This document shows, one piece after another, positions 1-12,119 of a DNA stretch of 37,815 bases. Within the stretch, counting starts at the first letter, position 1. Each line of letters starts with the position of its first letter. Origin of the DNA: Octopus sinensis (lineage: Eukaryota); NCBI RefSeq assembly GCF_006345805.1, contig NW_021835820.1:1-37815 (forward strand), written 5' to 3'. The notes beneath the pieces were generated by a model. That model made no database searches and was not told the origin of the DNA. It was given only the letters and a program-made list of their open reading frames with translations. The translations under genes were made by a program, and so were the position numbers.

Positions 1-1380
1 ATATTCTCAAGAATGTAAAACCCGGTGGTTTGATAGTTAGGCTTTAAAGACATGCCCAATTCGTCAATCTCCTGAAATTTACACTCTTCTTGCACGTGGA
101 CTGAATAATAAATACCTCAAATCCGAAAACACGGACCACGCTCTTCTATGCAAAAAATGGTGACAAATTCCCTGAATATGCAGGTACGAGACAGCCCAGG
201 CTCTGAGTGAGGACCAGTACGACATAGTAAACCCTATAAATGTGCTAACTTTTGCCTACGCTCTCGGAGAGGACTTTTCTACTAAGGATAAGAAGGAATT
301 GGGTTTTTGTTTGGGATTATCTCAGTTGCTTTGGTCAAGGACCGGGCTGTGAGTGGTCGAAATGATAAATATTGGAGTGCATCCACTCTCGTAGTACTAT
401 TCTGCATTATTGGCGAGTTCCGTAAAATCGAGTCTCACTTGAGTCTCATCGTTGAATACAGACCTTCGGAGAAGTTAACTTTGTCAATTCATTTTAGGAA
501 ATTGTCTTCCCTTTTAAGGAACATTATGGTACTGACTCGGTTCAGTGGTGATTTGGAAATTGCGGATTGCTCAATTTTCAACAATTTGGTAATGTGGATA
601 TATCTAGTTTTAGTTCGCCCAGATAGTAGAGAACTTTCTTCGGAACTACATCATGGACGTGTGCTCGATATATGTGATTTTTGATTTTTACATACCAAGG
701 CACTCACGGAAATGAGAAGGTCAATTTGCAAAGTGACCCCAGTCTCCCTGGTCTGATCATCTTATCACATTTTTAGAGTGTTGTGTTTGAAACGGCAGAG
801 AGTTATCACCTTCTTCAGCGAGCAAAATTCACGTTATTTTCAATTCAGAGAATTTTAGTTGAATGACAACACAGTCAAGATATCCTCGACAACAGGTGAC
901 CAGACTCTGACTTTTCTGACCTCTTCGAAGTCAGAAAGGCAAAGTAATGTCTGTTCACTTCGAAGCATCATTGATTGGAGTGCAACTCATTTCGAAAAAT
1001 TGCTCGTTTGGCATTCAAATATCTCAAAGCGAAAAGGGAACATTGAAGATCATTCGCTGCGTCGATTTCAAGTATTATCTTTGACATACTTGGTAGCTTT
1101 CCTAAGTTCCTGGGTCCGAATCTCACTGTGTTGCACATGCGGGGCTATAAACATTGTGGCTTTCGTGAAAAGTGCTATAATAATAATAGTAAAAACAAGT
1201 AATTTGCTGTGATGAATATCCTCCAATTGCTCCGGAAATCTGGAAAAATGATATCCTCATTTTTCTAAAAAGGTTATGTTTTTTGAATATCGACAGATTG
1301 ACGTCTGGGGAGTGGGAACGGTGGTTTTGGAGTTGTTGGGGAATAAAATCTTCCACCCTTCCTTGGTTTGGCTGATATTT
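1..1380 (+). CDS. Unidentified multi-exon gene or pseudogene, 3' part; ends approximate
   Basis: Open + strand stretches (307-684, 859-1212) with candidate short gt..ag introns (e.g. gttaactttgtcaattcattttag). No family recognised; some stops are unexplained. Confidence 0.3.
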
Positions 1381-2031
1381 TTATTTTAGCTGACAAATGA
1401 AATTGAACTTGTTCCTGAAGCAAAAAATCCCAATTTTCGAGCTTCGTTGGAATCCTTGAAGGAAGACACATTTTTAAGTTAAGGAATAAATGGAATTTTC
1501 AAGATGATCATAAGTGACTTGAAAATTATGTTTTATATTAATTTTTAAATAATTGATCATTTCTTTTTAACAAAATAAATCTTAATATTCAAGGTCATTA
1601 CAAATAAAGCCTCAAGAGAGCTCTACACGACGAAACCTAGCATGAATGATCAAGTTTGAATATTCCATGGAAACTAACAAAAGTCCAGTTGATTTTATTC
1701 ACAAAACGGAACAATGAGAACGTCAATACGAATACATTCCAACAGCTGTCAAAGTGCGTCAATATTTGTTCTGCCTATACTCCAATACAATTCGGGAACG
1801 TAAAGGAATTTTTAATCTAAAAAATTGAGCCTGAACGTAAAGTGCAGGAATCCCTAGTGGGGACAGAATAGGTTTGTTTTCCGTGCAAGCAGGTCGTACT
1901 TTTTTAGCATTGGGTGCCTTCGAGACAGAATCATAGTATATTAATTTTTGGTTAAATGGTGAGAAATATAATATTTTTTTATATAATAAACATTAATTAA
2001 TTTTATTAAATTTGAATTACGTCCTTCCGAA

Positions 2032-2582
2032 ATGCTTGGTTTAAGTGACACTCAAAGTATTACAAAAAAGAATACTTATAAATCATCAACTTTATTTTAA
2101 ATAATACTTTTCAGAAATAGGAATCTGGCTGGTGAGTTTTGGACTGATTTCACTCTCTTTGGGCCTTTTTTTGTTTCTCAATCGAGGCCTTCTCACCATG
2201 GGAAATGTTTAGAGCAATGTTTAGTCACATTACAGGTGTTGATTGTTTCGGGGATTGTTTTGATTATTGGATTCGAAGGATCCTTCCGATTCTTTTTCCA
2301 ACGAAATAAACTTACATCCACAGCTGCATTTCTATTCGGAATTTTTTGTATTTTTTTAAATTGGAAATTGATTGGAATTGTAATCGAATTGTACGGCCTG
2401 GTCATGTTGTTGAGGTATTTTCGGACGTATTTTGTAGAGGGTTTTTCCCCGTGGTGCTGGGATATGTTTCCCGAGTCCCCCTGATCGGAGCCCTGGCCAG
2501 GATGCCCATTTGCACGAAGGTTGCACTCATTTCTTTATTCTAGTTTGTCGAATTGCTTTCGGGGAATGCGCCTATCCTTTAA
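2032..2582 (+). CDS. GOLT1: Got1/Sft2-family vesicle transport protein, 5 exons, 138 aa
   Basis: Exons 2032-2056, 2115-2206, 2236-2414, 2438-2519, 2544-2582; introns 58, 29, 23, 24 nt. Splices to MLGLSDTQKIGIWLVSFG...GNVLIVSG...SFRFFFQRNK...LRGFFPVVLGYVSRVPLIG, matching GOLT1B motifs. Confidence 0.93.
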
Positions 2583-2771
2583 TCACACATTTTTAATATT
2601 GTTTTTAAATATAGATTTATTTGGATGAGTTATTTATTGACTGAAAATTAGTTTATTTTTAAAACTAAAAGGTTGATTGAATTGACCAGATTTTGTAGGC
2701 CGTAACAAAAAGTTATTTGTAGGGCAAAAAATATATTTTTAGTTATTAAAAGTGAAATAAAATTACTATTA

Positions 2772-3675
2772 ATGGAATGTGAACTGGTTGATGCGGTTAT
2801 GGACACTCAGTGTTTTATAAATGAAAACTTTTCAAAGTTAACAATCGATGGAGTCAACATAATAAAGAGAAACTATCACAAGACCAACAAAGTAAACATG
2901 TTTATAGAGGAGGTGGGCATCCACTGCTAAATAAATCAGGTCACCGACTCTCTGCTGTCCTCCATTCGTACACATTTAGACATGATTGATCCTTTTTCCG
3001 TAAATGACCATTTTGTTGTTTATAGAGCGAAGAGACCCTTTATTTGGGAGATGGGTATGTCCTCAGTGATGACCACCCCCGAGATATGGAAATAACTGGT
3101 ACACACTAAAATAAACAGTCAGTTAAATTATTCGTCAACGAGCTGGAAACTGAGGCCATTTTGAGTGGAGAATTGAATAGATGTATTCCTCGTTGATATT
3201 GCAGTGAGGGGGGTTCTCGGAGTGGGGTGCCTCAACAGGGTCATTCTCTCATATTCGGGGGATAAAAATGTGATCAGTGAAACATTCATGGCACATTGGA
3301 GAGAACTTGAGTTGTGTGGTGTGGCCAACTCGTTGGGGGTTGCTGATATGGACTTTGCTTTGCTCGTTCAGTTGTTCGAACGTGCTGCAGTCAAGCCCTG
3401 CGTAGTCCAATCCAACTTTGATGACTGTTGTGTCATTCCTGCCGAACTGACTACTTTTTGCAAAAATAATAATATTAAAATATTGACTCATCACGACCCG
3501 AAATGTAATGTTTGCTTTATTATGATTAGTTCCGCTGGTTGTTGGTGAATTGGAGGGTAATCTCCCGGTGGCCAAAAGTAATTGGGGGATCAAAGTCCTC
3601 ATGCGACACAGCGCCATCATTCCTTCGAGGGGGCTCATTCTTCATAAGGGATATTCCGTCTATGCCTCACGATGA
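2772..3675 (+). CDS. GCLM: Glutamate-cysteine ligase modifier subunit, multi-exon
   Basis: TVKLFV, WRELE...LGVADMD...VKPCVVQSNFDDCCVIPAEL...ILTHHDPK and C-terminal LMRHSAIIPSRGLILHKGY. Introns of 22-27 nt restore the frame. Confidence 0.88.
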
Positions 3676-3754
3676 CTAATACAAATTTAATTATTAATAG
3701 TAATCACAATAATTTCTAATAAAATTACTTATTGTCAAGTATACAATTATTGCT

Positions 3755-4733
3755 ATGCATTATCGCTGCCTCACTTGTCGATATCCGGGCTCACTTATTT
3801 CTCGCTTTCCATTGGACAGGGCTACAGCTCAATGGAATGTGTCATTGCCGGAGTACAATCCTCCATACTACACATCCCCCCACATATTGGAGGACAATCC
3901 TCCCTGGGCCGACACAGAGTTATTCTTGTGGTCATAAAAACACAGAGATACTTCCAATATAGTATTCAACACACTAGAAAAGTCAATTAACCGAGTTAGT
4001 CATATGGGTCCTTTTGATGTGACCGAAAATAACATTCCTCTGTAAATTGTGTGTAGTAGTGGTAGTAATCCGGTTGGGAGGACAGGATTGGTAGGGAGGG
4101 GAAGACTGGGGAGATGGGGACCAAATCATGCTGCCGACCCAATCGTGACACGGTTCCAATCGGGAAATATTAAACATTTAGTCAGATGGAAAAGGGATTC
4201 GAATTATGAAGTACTTGTTGATAATGACTCGGGTCTCCCCATTCTACAATTCGTGGCAATCATTAGGAGAGACTGCGGGGCCTGGGCTCTCCCTGGGGTT
4301 CCACTTAATTAACTATTTAAGGGAATGGTCGATCCTGGCGAACAAGTTTCCTGCACTTTAAAACGAGAGTTTTGTGAGGAGGCTGCCAACATTGAAATGA
4401 ACCACAAAGTTATCGAAGAGTCACTCCAGAATGGGGTGGAGGCATATTTTACCAAAGCACTGATACCCAGATTTATCGAGGATATGTGGATGACCCCAGA
4501 AACACGGACAATTCTTGGATAGAGACAGTGGCCGTGAACTATCATGCGGACGAGTGGAACTCTCCTATCGCCCAGCTGAATCTCCATCATGGTTGTGATA
4601 GAGGATGACGCATTTGTCAGGGGATGACGCAGTGGGTGTCCAATGGATGGACTTTGTGCCTGGAATGGACATTTATGCTAACCATTCGTCCTTCATAACA
4701 CAAGTGGCAGTTAATCGAAACGCCTTTAACTAA
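3755..4733 (+). CDS. NUDT9: ADP-ribose pyrophosphatase (Nudix), multi-exon
   Basis: YPGS...[49 protein letters not shown]...[39 protein letters not shown]. Confidence 0.95.
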
Positions 4734-4879
4734 TCATTAGTACTAATTATGCTACTTTTTTCATTTGCTACTTATTCTTGTCCTTTGTTGCTTTATTGGA
4801 TTAACATTTAATGATTTAATCAATTCTTCAAGTATGTGACATCGATTTTTGATACCTAAATGAACACTTGTTGTAAATA

Positions 4880-5700
4880 CCAGTGGTTGATATTCTTCGT
4901 GACCTCTCAATTCCTACTAAGCTTCTTAGTTGCCTTCTATGGAACGAATCCAGTTTCAATACTTCGTTGAGAGAACTTCCTCATGTCCCAGCGTTGACAG
5001 TAGGATCAGATCTTTCATGAGTAATATCGACTTGTCTTCTCATTTCCGTAGTTTCGGTTTTGAAACCATTTTCCAAGCTTCGCAGGTGCATTTTCTAGTA
5101 GGTGTTGGAGTGCGGACACAAAATCCACATCATAAGATGCCTCTTCTATGTCTCCTATATAGCATTTAGGGAGGTCGCGGAGTGCAGATTGAATGGAGTC
5201 ACCCTGGAGTGTCCCAATCGTTGTTTTGAAACTGCGGGAAGTTGCTCTTTCTGTCATAGAAAATAGTCTTTGTTCTCAAGTAGTAGTCTGATTATCCTAA
5301 CCGTCAATTTATTTGCTTAAGCACATTCATCAGCTTTGGTCTGTTAGAAAGCTCTGGAGAGATCTATTCCCAACACGGTCGTTGCCCAGCGACATCTGTG
5401 GCTCCAATGCCGTAGACCTCCCTTTTCAGTACCCATTTTGATAGATCTGTCACTCCCTTTATCCGTGTTTGCCAGCACCTTGCGTATCGAATTCAAAAGT
5501 ATTATCGGGCAAAGATTTTCTACTGATCCTTTTGATTTGTTCGGTTTTGTATGAGTATTAATTGTCCATTTCCAAGTCCTAGATCGGTGTTGGTATCAAA
5601 AAATGTCATATAGGATTTTTGCATTTGTGTCGTTTTTTGGTCCATATTTTAGAAGCTCAGGGCTTATGTTGGTTTAGTTTGACCTGTAAGACACATCTGA
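4880..5700 (-). mobile_element. Decayed non-LTR retrotransposon reverse transcriptase fragment (RTE/Proto2-like)
   Basis: Across frameshifts: ISPELLKYGP, KPNKSKGSVENLCPIILLNSIRKVL, VLGIDLSRAF, IGTLQGDS, YDVDF (degenerate YADD), KLDSFHRRQLRSLVGI. The same lesions occur in both duplicate copies. Confidence 0.75.
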
Positions 5701-5920
5701 TCGTTGATTTTTCAATAGCGATGTAGTTTTCTAAGATGATCCACATGTGGTGCAAATCCCGTGCAATAGTGCTTGCATTCAGTCGGGAAGAGGATCAGTC
5801 GGTAGTTGTTCCATGAATAATTGCGTCCAAACTTTTCAGACCTGCAAGATAGAAGTAAGTAAAATAAAAATATTAGTAAATTTAATCCTAAAATATTTTT
5901 AAAGTAATAAACACGATAGC

Positions 5921-7408
5921 ATGTTAGGTGATTATAACTTTTGTTCATTCAACTGGACAAATATATGCACTCACGTGGCTAAATTTACAAAAAATGACAT
6001 AAACGGATTTCTTATATCAAAAAAGAATTCCCCCGAAACGGTCATTGGGAGTGTCCCCGTTTTACATCTCAATTTGACATTGTCCCCGACTATGGAAATG
6101 TGTTTGAAAAAAGTTAAATATATATTATTAATACAAGTTGGAGCAATTTTGTGATGACAACGACTACCAAATAACTGGATATTATGAAAAGATTAGTTTT
6201 TCTGATCCTCGAATGTAATATTCAATTATATATTATCAGAATACTCCCATCCTCGCTTAAACTAATGAAGAAACTAAATATAAGTCTGTATGTCCAGGTA
6301 ATGGAATTTTCTATATTCCAGGTAAGATTCACTAGAAACTTGCAAGTGGGTATATATGACTTGAAACCGAACGGTGAGCTGCTCAAGAGTGTTGGGTATA
6401 CTTCTCTGCTTATTTTAGCGAGGATTTTTCTGACGAAATTGAGAATGTGTGGCTTAATATTATTGATAATCAATCTTTTCATGACTTTTTGGACTTTGAC
6501 GATTACATCGACTGTCCTTCTGTTGAATGGCCGTTGGTTTGAATTGACTATTGTCCCTGTTCTCTAAAAATGTTAATGTCTTGTATCTATTTATGATACA
6601 AAAATGAATACTATTAGTTAGCACTCAACATATTTTTGTCCTACTTGATGAGATTCATTAGCTTGAAAATGATTCGAAAAAGATTTTACAAAACGAATCA
6701 TATTTTTGCTTCTGCACCGAATGAGTGGTTTCAAAATGACTTTATTTATCTGAAAAGGTTTAAAAACGTTAACGGAGGATCCAAATGGATTCTATCCGTT
6801 ATCTGTTTTATGATTATAATTATCCTAGTTTTGCTTTTGCTAGGGCACTAATGAATAAGTCAGAAGTCGAGGTTTCAAAAAAATTCGAGTCCCTTTTTAT
6901 CTCAATGATTCCTGTCAAATTCTACAATTGGACAATGGGACAGAATTCAAAAATTACGACAATATATTATTTTGTAGGAAATAGTTGAGCTCTTTAATCA
7001 ATTGAAGTATCCTAATGTAAATGAATGAGTCTTAATTCTTGAATATTCAGTCCATTGCTAAAATATAACGATGCCCTCATTTTCAGATACCCTATTCAAG
7101 CATTATCAGGAATTTTAGGAACAAATCTGTTGCCGATAATCGAATGCGTAGAAAGTGACATATTTTAAGTAATCTTAGAATCGTCCGAAAAAACATTTTC
7201 TTTAATTTTGAAATACATCCGATTTGTAGTGATGATAAATAAGGCTTGGATTACAAAGGATTATGGGACGAATCCAGCTTTAATGTTGAATAAATTTGAA
7301 TCCAAATATTCCGATACTTGCGAAATACTAAAAATACTGTTCAACGAAATTCATGTTTATGTAAAATTTTCAAATGATGATAAAAAATCGGTGTTGATGT
7401 CTCGTTAA
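5921..7408 (+). pseudogene. Unidentified, probably decayed multi-exon gene with a TM-like segment
   Basis: Chain of short + ORFs with stops; hydrophobic FMIIIILVLLL. 6697-6830 is visibly homologous to 21228-21375. Confidence 0.35.
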
Positions 7409-8267
7409 AAAAATAGCAATTAAATGTCTATTTATTAATTTTTAAAGTTCGTAGCATTAATTTGTTAACTATTTGCCATAGTAACACGTAACGCACAGGC
7501 TGCCCATAGAGGCCTGGTTGCTAATGTCACATAAGACCACCTCACTTCAATCAAAAGGGAAACATGACTGAGACCAATGCCTTTACGAGACCTATCTCGA
7601 TGCGAGAATTTATTAACAATGAGTGCTCAACCTATTTCCTCGTAACAAAATACCATTTTTCTTGTTAAGGAGGAATAAACTATGGCTATTGATTTTTTGT
7701 ACCTCGGATTTTTTGATTATGATTTAAAAATTAAAATGAAAATTTTTTTTATGAATAAAATTAGCTTGCTAAGCAACTATGAGTAACTATAAAAGTTATA
7801 TTTAGAAAACACAGGGATACCAAATGAACCAAATAAAGACATTATTGCCACGTTAAAGTAGTTTAAAATTATAACATTTCGAGATCTTCGGAAGCAGATA
7901 ACAGAATAAAGTTCTTCAAGCACAGATGTCGCGAATCAATTGTTTGTCGATAAGAATAAATAACAGAATGCACAACTTAAGCACATCATTGGCTGCCTTC
8001 CCACCGCCCAAGAGGCATTTCATTTCGAAGCCATTCTTTCCGAACCATTTTCCCGAAACGTGCCAAGATCCAAAATAAATAAAACAAATGTATAACAAAT
8101 ATTATCACGTATATCAGTCCAACAGAATCGCTAAACTAATGCAAGACACCAACAATCATGATATAGTTCGACGAATATAAATCACTTAACATTATATTGA
8201 CTATTAAGAAGCTCTTAAGATTTTATTAAGACTTATCGAGAAATAAAGTAATGCCAACGTCGATAAA

Positions 8268-9178
8268 CTACTTCCGAATGCTCACATTATTTAATAAATA
8301 GTCGATAGTCCTCATGGAATTGGGGGTGATGTAGTGGAGAGATATCAAATGCCGACTCACACCATTGCGCTCCTGCATAAGTAAAATAAAGCAGACGAAC
8401 TGGGTGTTTGTCCAACTCTCGAAATTGTTTATACCAATCCGGTGTATTTTTTGAAAACGTGTCGATCAGATTAAATGAAGAAAACCGAGGCAACTGGGAT
8501 TCGTCGGATTTAATGTCAATTTCAAGACGATTTAAACAACGACCCATTTCCACGTCTTCCATGCCTGTCTTGGCGCTGCATTCCTTCACCTGGGAGTATA
8601 TTTAAGCCACTACCTCTGCCTTATTGGCAGAAATCACTTTCTTGACAGCCTCTCTACTCAAAATATAGGAGGCTCCCCCACTGAAATATCCATTGGGGAA
8701 ATATTTGTAGAATTTGAGTCCAAATGAAACAGGGCGACTGTGATCTTCAGAAACGAGGAATTGGCGAAGATTGTTCACAATAATATATGTATCGTCGTCT
8801 GCTTTGACAATCCAGTCATATTCGTCGTGAAATTTGGCTTCGATATATTTCAGTCCGCCGTATGTTTTTGAAGGGAGATGTTCGTAGTCATCGTTGATAT
8901 TCAGCGAGGTTATGAAGGACTCGTTCGCTATGACTTTTCCGACAAAATAAAATGTCTTGTCACATCTTTTTCCCCACGTATCCAAGACTGCACGTCCTCG
9001 GGTTTTATAATTGTTTTTTGATGTTAAAATCATACAAAATATGACATGTCGATGACTGTCAGTTCTTCCGAGGACGACAATATTCTGAAAATAAAGAATA
9101 ATTCCTAAGAGGATGACAGATGCGATAATCAGCAATCTATATATTTATGAATAAGCGATGCCTTTTATACAAAAACAT
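8268..9178 (-). CDS. C1GALT1: Core 1 beta-1,3-galactosyltransferase (T-synthase, GT31/Fringe-like)
   Basis: N-terminal TM, IFCMILT, TWGKRCDK, DWIVKADDDTYIIVNNLR, GYFSGGASYILSREA, EDVEMGRCL, ISLHYI. Three introns of 34, 24 and 28 nt. Confidence 0.9.
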
Positions 9179-9473
9179 TTATGATTATAAAATTGTGTAT
9201 TTTATTCAATTTTACTGCAATCAAAAAATCAAAAAATAATAATCCATATGTATAATAACAAAGGGACACAATAAAAAGTGACAAAATATTGAGAATGCAG
9301 AAGAGGAGATCTTTTTGAATCGAATTTTGAAAAACTCACTTAATAGGGGATTTGGCTGAACAAGGTCAAAGACTACTGTAAAGATTTATAAGTAATAAAT
9401 GTAAAAAGTGAGTGTAAAAATAATGCTTAAGCATGACAGTCGGATTTTCTCGACAACTCAATAAAGAAAATAA

Positions 9474-10980
9474 CTCAATAAAAGTCTCAACTACACGTTG
9501 GAAAATTTATGTGTTTATTTTTTAAAATAGGAAAAAATTATTTATTGAAATTAATATATTTAAATTTAGAATCTTTAACAGTTTTAGATTTAATATTGGC
9601 GAGAAATCAAACATATAATTTGTATATAAGATTACAAAAGCCATTTTCTGACGTAAAAGGGCAGTCCAGGCGCAATCCCAGGAATACCACCTCTACCAGC
9701 AACCATTTATTCAAATCTTTTTCGACAACGTAAAATACCGTCGAATTTTCTTTATTTCGAGAGCTGCAAAATTCATTGAAATATCTAAAAGATCATTTAA
9801 GACGACTAGTATTGTTTTGCTATCTTCTCTTGCCGTAATTATTAAAACCTGTCAATTTCGGATTGTTGACTCTTGGAGTCGCATTTAGAATGAAAGATGT
9901 CGAATATTAGGAAGTGTGGATCATTATTTTCTTGTGGTGGAAGCATGTTGGTGTCAACTAAAGGCAATGATTCCATTCCTGTTAACTTACCTGTGGAAAC
10001 TCTAAAAAACCAAACATAAATACAACCAAGTTCTCTTTGGTAAAGAGAACCAAAAGTATAAGCAATCCGGACTAACTCGCTAGCCTCATGTGCTTGCAGA
10101 CAACGATGAATCAGGTAAATAAAAAGAACTTTTTTAGAATATGGCCCCTAATAGTTCAAAGTTTCAATTAAAAGGGAACATGTTAATAGCAAGGCTGCAA
10201 CCAAGAGGAGATGCTCAGAAGTGAATTGGATTCTAGAAAAGGGTTTCAAAAAGCAGAAGTTTCGATATTTAGGATATGTTATAATAAGGTGGATGCTTGG
10301 AACACGGATTGTCCAAATGACTCCAAAAATGCAAAGAAACCCACAAAAAAGCGCAAATTAAGAGGGTGATTTTAATCGGAATAAATGCGGCGATTCATGA
10401 ATATTTCTGATCAAACCATTTAGAAAGTATAATTGAGGTCACGAATATAATTTATTTTGCTCGGTGTGCTTTCGAAAACCTCTCAATTTTTGAGGAAAAT
10501 GAGTGGATACAATTAATCAAGTGGCAAAACTCAAAAAGGAGTTCGAAAGTGAAGGTAGCCCGACGCAAGATAAGAACTAAAAGTGAAACTACGATAAAAG
10601 CATGGATACCGAAAATCTAAGAAAAAAGAGTTCCTTAGAACTGCTAGGCAAATACAAGATAATGCAAAAGTGCTAGAAAAGAGGCTCAGAATCTGTGAGT
10701 CAATAAAAACCTCTAGAAGGGACGACAATGTTACAAAATTAACATGGAGAGGAGTGAAGAACGGAACATAAAAAGTTAAGTACGGAATTCAAACACGAGG
10801 ATTGGACTGAAGTAATTGAGTATATCTAATCGGACATCATATTGCAGGATGGAGAGAGCATCTGGACGAATTGTGTGTTAAGAGAACACAAAATAAATAG
10901 TGACCCGTCAAAGTCAATGATCAAGTCGTTGTTTTGATTTAGAATGAAAATTATTATCATTTAACCCAAGAATCGCCAAC
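9474..10980. other. Copy-1-specific 1.5 kb segment, probably mosaic degraded transposon sequence
   Basis: Absent from copy 2; no long ORF. Weak motifs: KFRYLGYVI and CYN...DCP near 10260-10320; RKSKKKEFLRTARQI and HEDWTEVI (Tc1-like) near 10610-10815. Confidence 0.4.
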
Positions 10981-11203
10981 AGTTAATTAGGGTAATTAAT
11001 TATGCGATTCCAACAATCCTCAAGATCTTTCTCAGCTTTTCCCGATATTGGATTCTGGAACCAACGCAAGTGCGGGACGGGCGGGGAACAATTTTCGTGA
11101 ATAATTAAATCGGGGTGATGTGCTTTTGGTTGCTAAGGTCTTGGTCTTTTAACAGTTGGTCCTGTTGAATGGCCAAGAAGCCTTTTCCATTTTCTTAATT
11201 AGA

Positions 11204-11923
11204 ATGGAAATATTCAACTATGTAACAAACTTGCCTTAAAGTTCAATTTATATGTTTACAAAATTCCTTCCAAATAAAGTAAAAATAATTTTGACAGTAT
11301 TTTTCAAGGATCAACGTTATTAACAATTCAGTGTTTATGAAATCTCCGATATTTACTTAACAGAAATTATATTTGATTTCTTTTTGGGGAACGCAGGTTC
11401 TAAATTGAATCTCAGAGAGCATAATCTGTTCATCATAGGTTAAAAATGTTCTTACCCATTTAGAAATCACATGACAAAATGAAAATTGTTAACTTTCGAG
11501 ATGATCAAGGAATACAATTCCCCACTCTTCTAGAAAACACGTAAAATAACTTTTAGAAAGTGCAATTTCTATAACAAAATGTATCAAGAAACTCTCATTT
11601 AATAAAGTACATAAGCATCTAATTACGCATATTATAAAGTCAAGTCAATAATTCTTTATATTCTACTAATAATTGATCCTTCAGAATTATTTCGCTAAAT
11701 GTGAGCAAATGATGTAATGTCACGTTGTTTTATAAAACATATAATTAAGAGGTTGATAGAACTGTTCGATCAGAATCACCAAATGAATTCTGAGAAAAGT
11801 CACATCACGCAATGTCAACCAGTTACTGAAAAGGACGAAACTATTTTGTCAGAAGATGACATCGATAAAAGTACACAAATAATATCATTTTATAGGAACA
11901 AATACAAAAAACTATTTGTCTAA
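11204..11923 (+). CDS. Possible orphan multi-exon gene; 5' end uncertain
   Basis: Terminal 68-aa ORF (11717-11923) with upstream candidate short introns. No homology recognised. Confidence 0.2.
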
Positions 11924-12119
11924 AATAAAAAAGCTATTTTCCCCTAAAAACGACGTCAACGAACTCGACGGCGACAAAGACTCTCCAAAAAAATCGTGGA
12001 GCAATAAAATAAAACCGTCTTAAATATTTAATCTTTATAAATATTGTTTCTTTAATTCGTTTCGTCACTACCCGCACACTCAAAAAAGCGAAAAACTTTG
12101 TTTCAAATATTCCAACAAG

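Larger units (their letters stand above)
1..9473 (+). repeat. Segmental duplication block A, copy 1 (matches 23888-33357)
   Basis: Near-identical sequence and ORF track at offset ~23885. Identity ends after ...ctcaataaagaaaataa at 9473/33357. Confidence 0.97.

Noticed and set aside
1830-1955. snRNA or SL RNA (GC-richer patch followed by an Sm-like aatttttgg)
   Set aside because: No match to U1/U2/U4/U5/U6 conserved motifs, and Sm-like strings are common in AT-rich DNA.
3128-4590. Minus-strand ORFs overlapping GCLM and NUDT9 (and similar shadow ORFs over copine, WDR82 and the CRE element)
   Set aside because: Antisense or alternate-frame shadows of recognised coding exons, with no motifs of their own.
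7500-7680. Gypsy integrase remnant on the minus strand (NGILLRGNRL)
   Set aside because: Single short motif; insufficient without a search.
7472-7780. RFX X-box-like motifs (tttgccatagtaac, cttgctaagcaac)
   Set aside because: Imperfect matches and no identified downstream ciliary gene.
9474-9502. LTR end plus primer-binding site (aataaaagtctcaactaca..ttgg)
   Set aside because: No second LTR, no TSD and no convincing tRNA complement.
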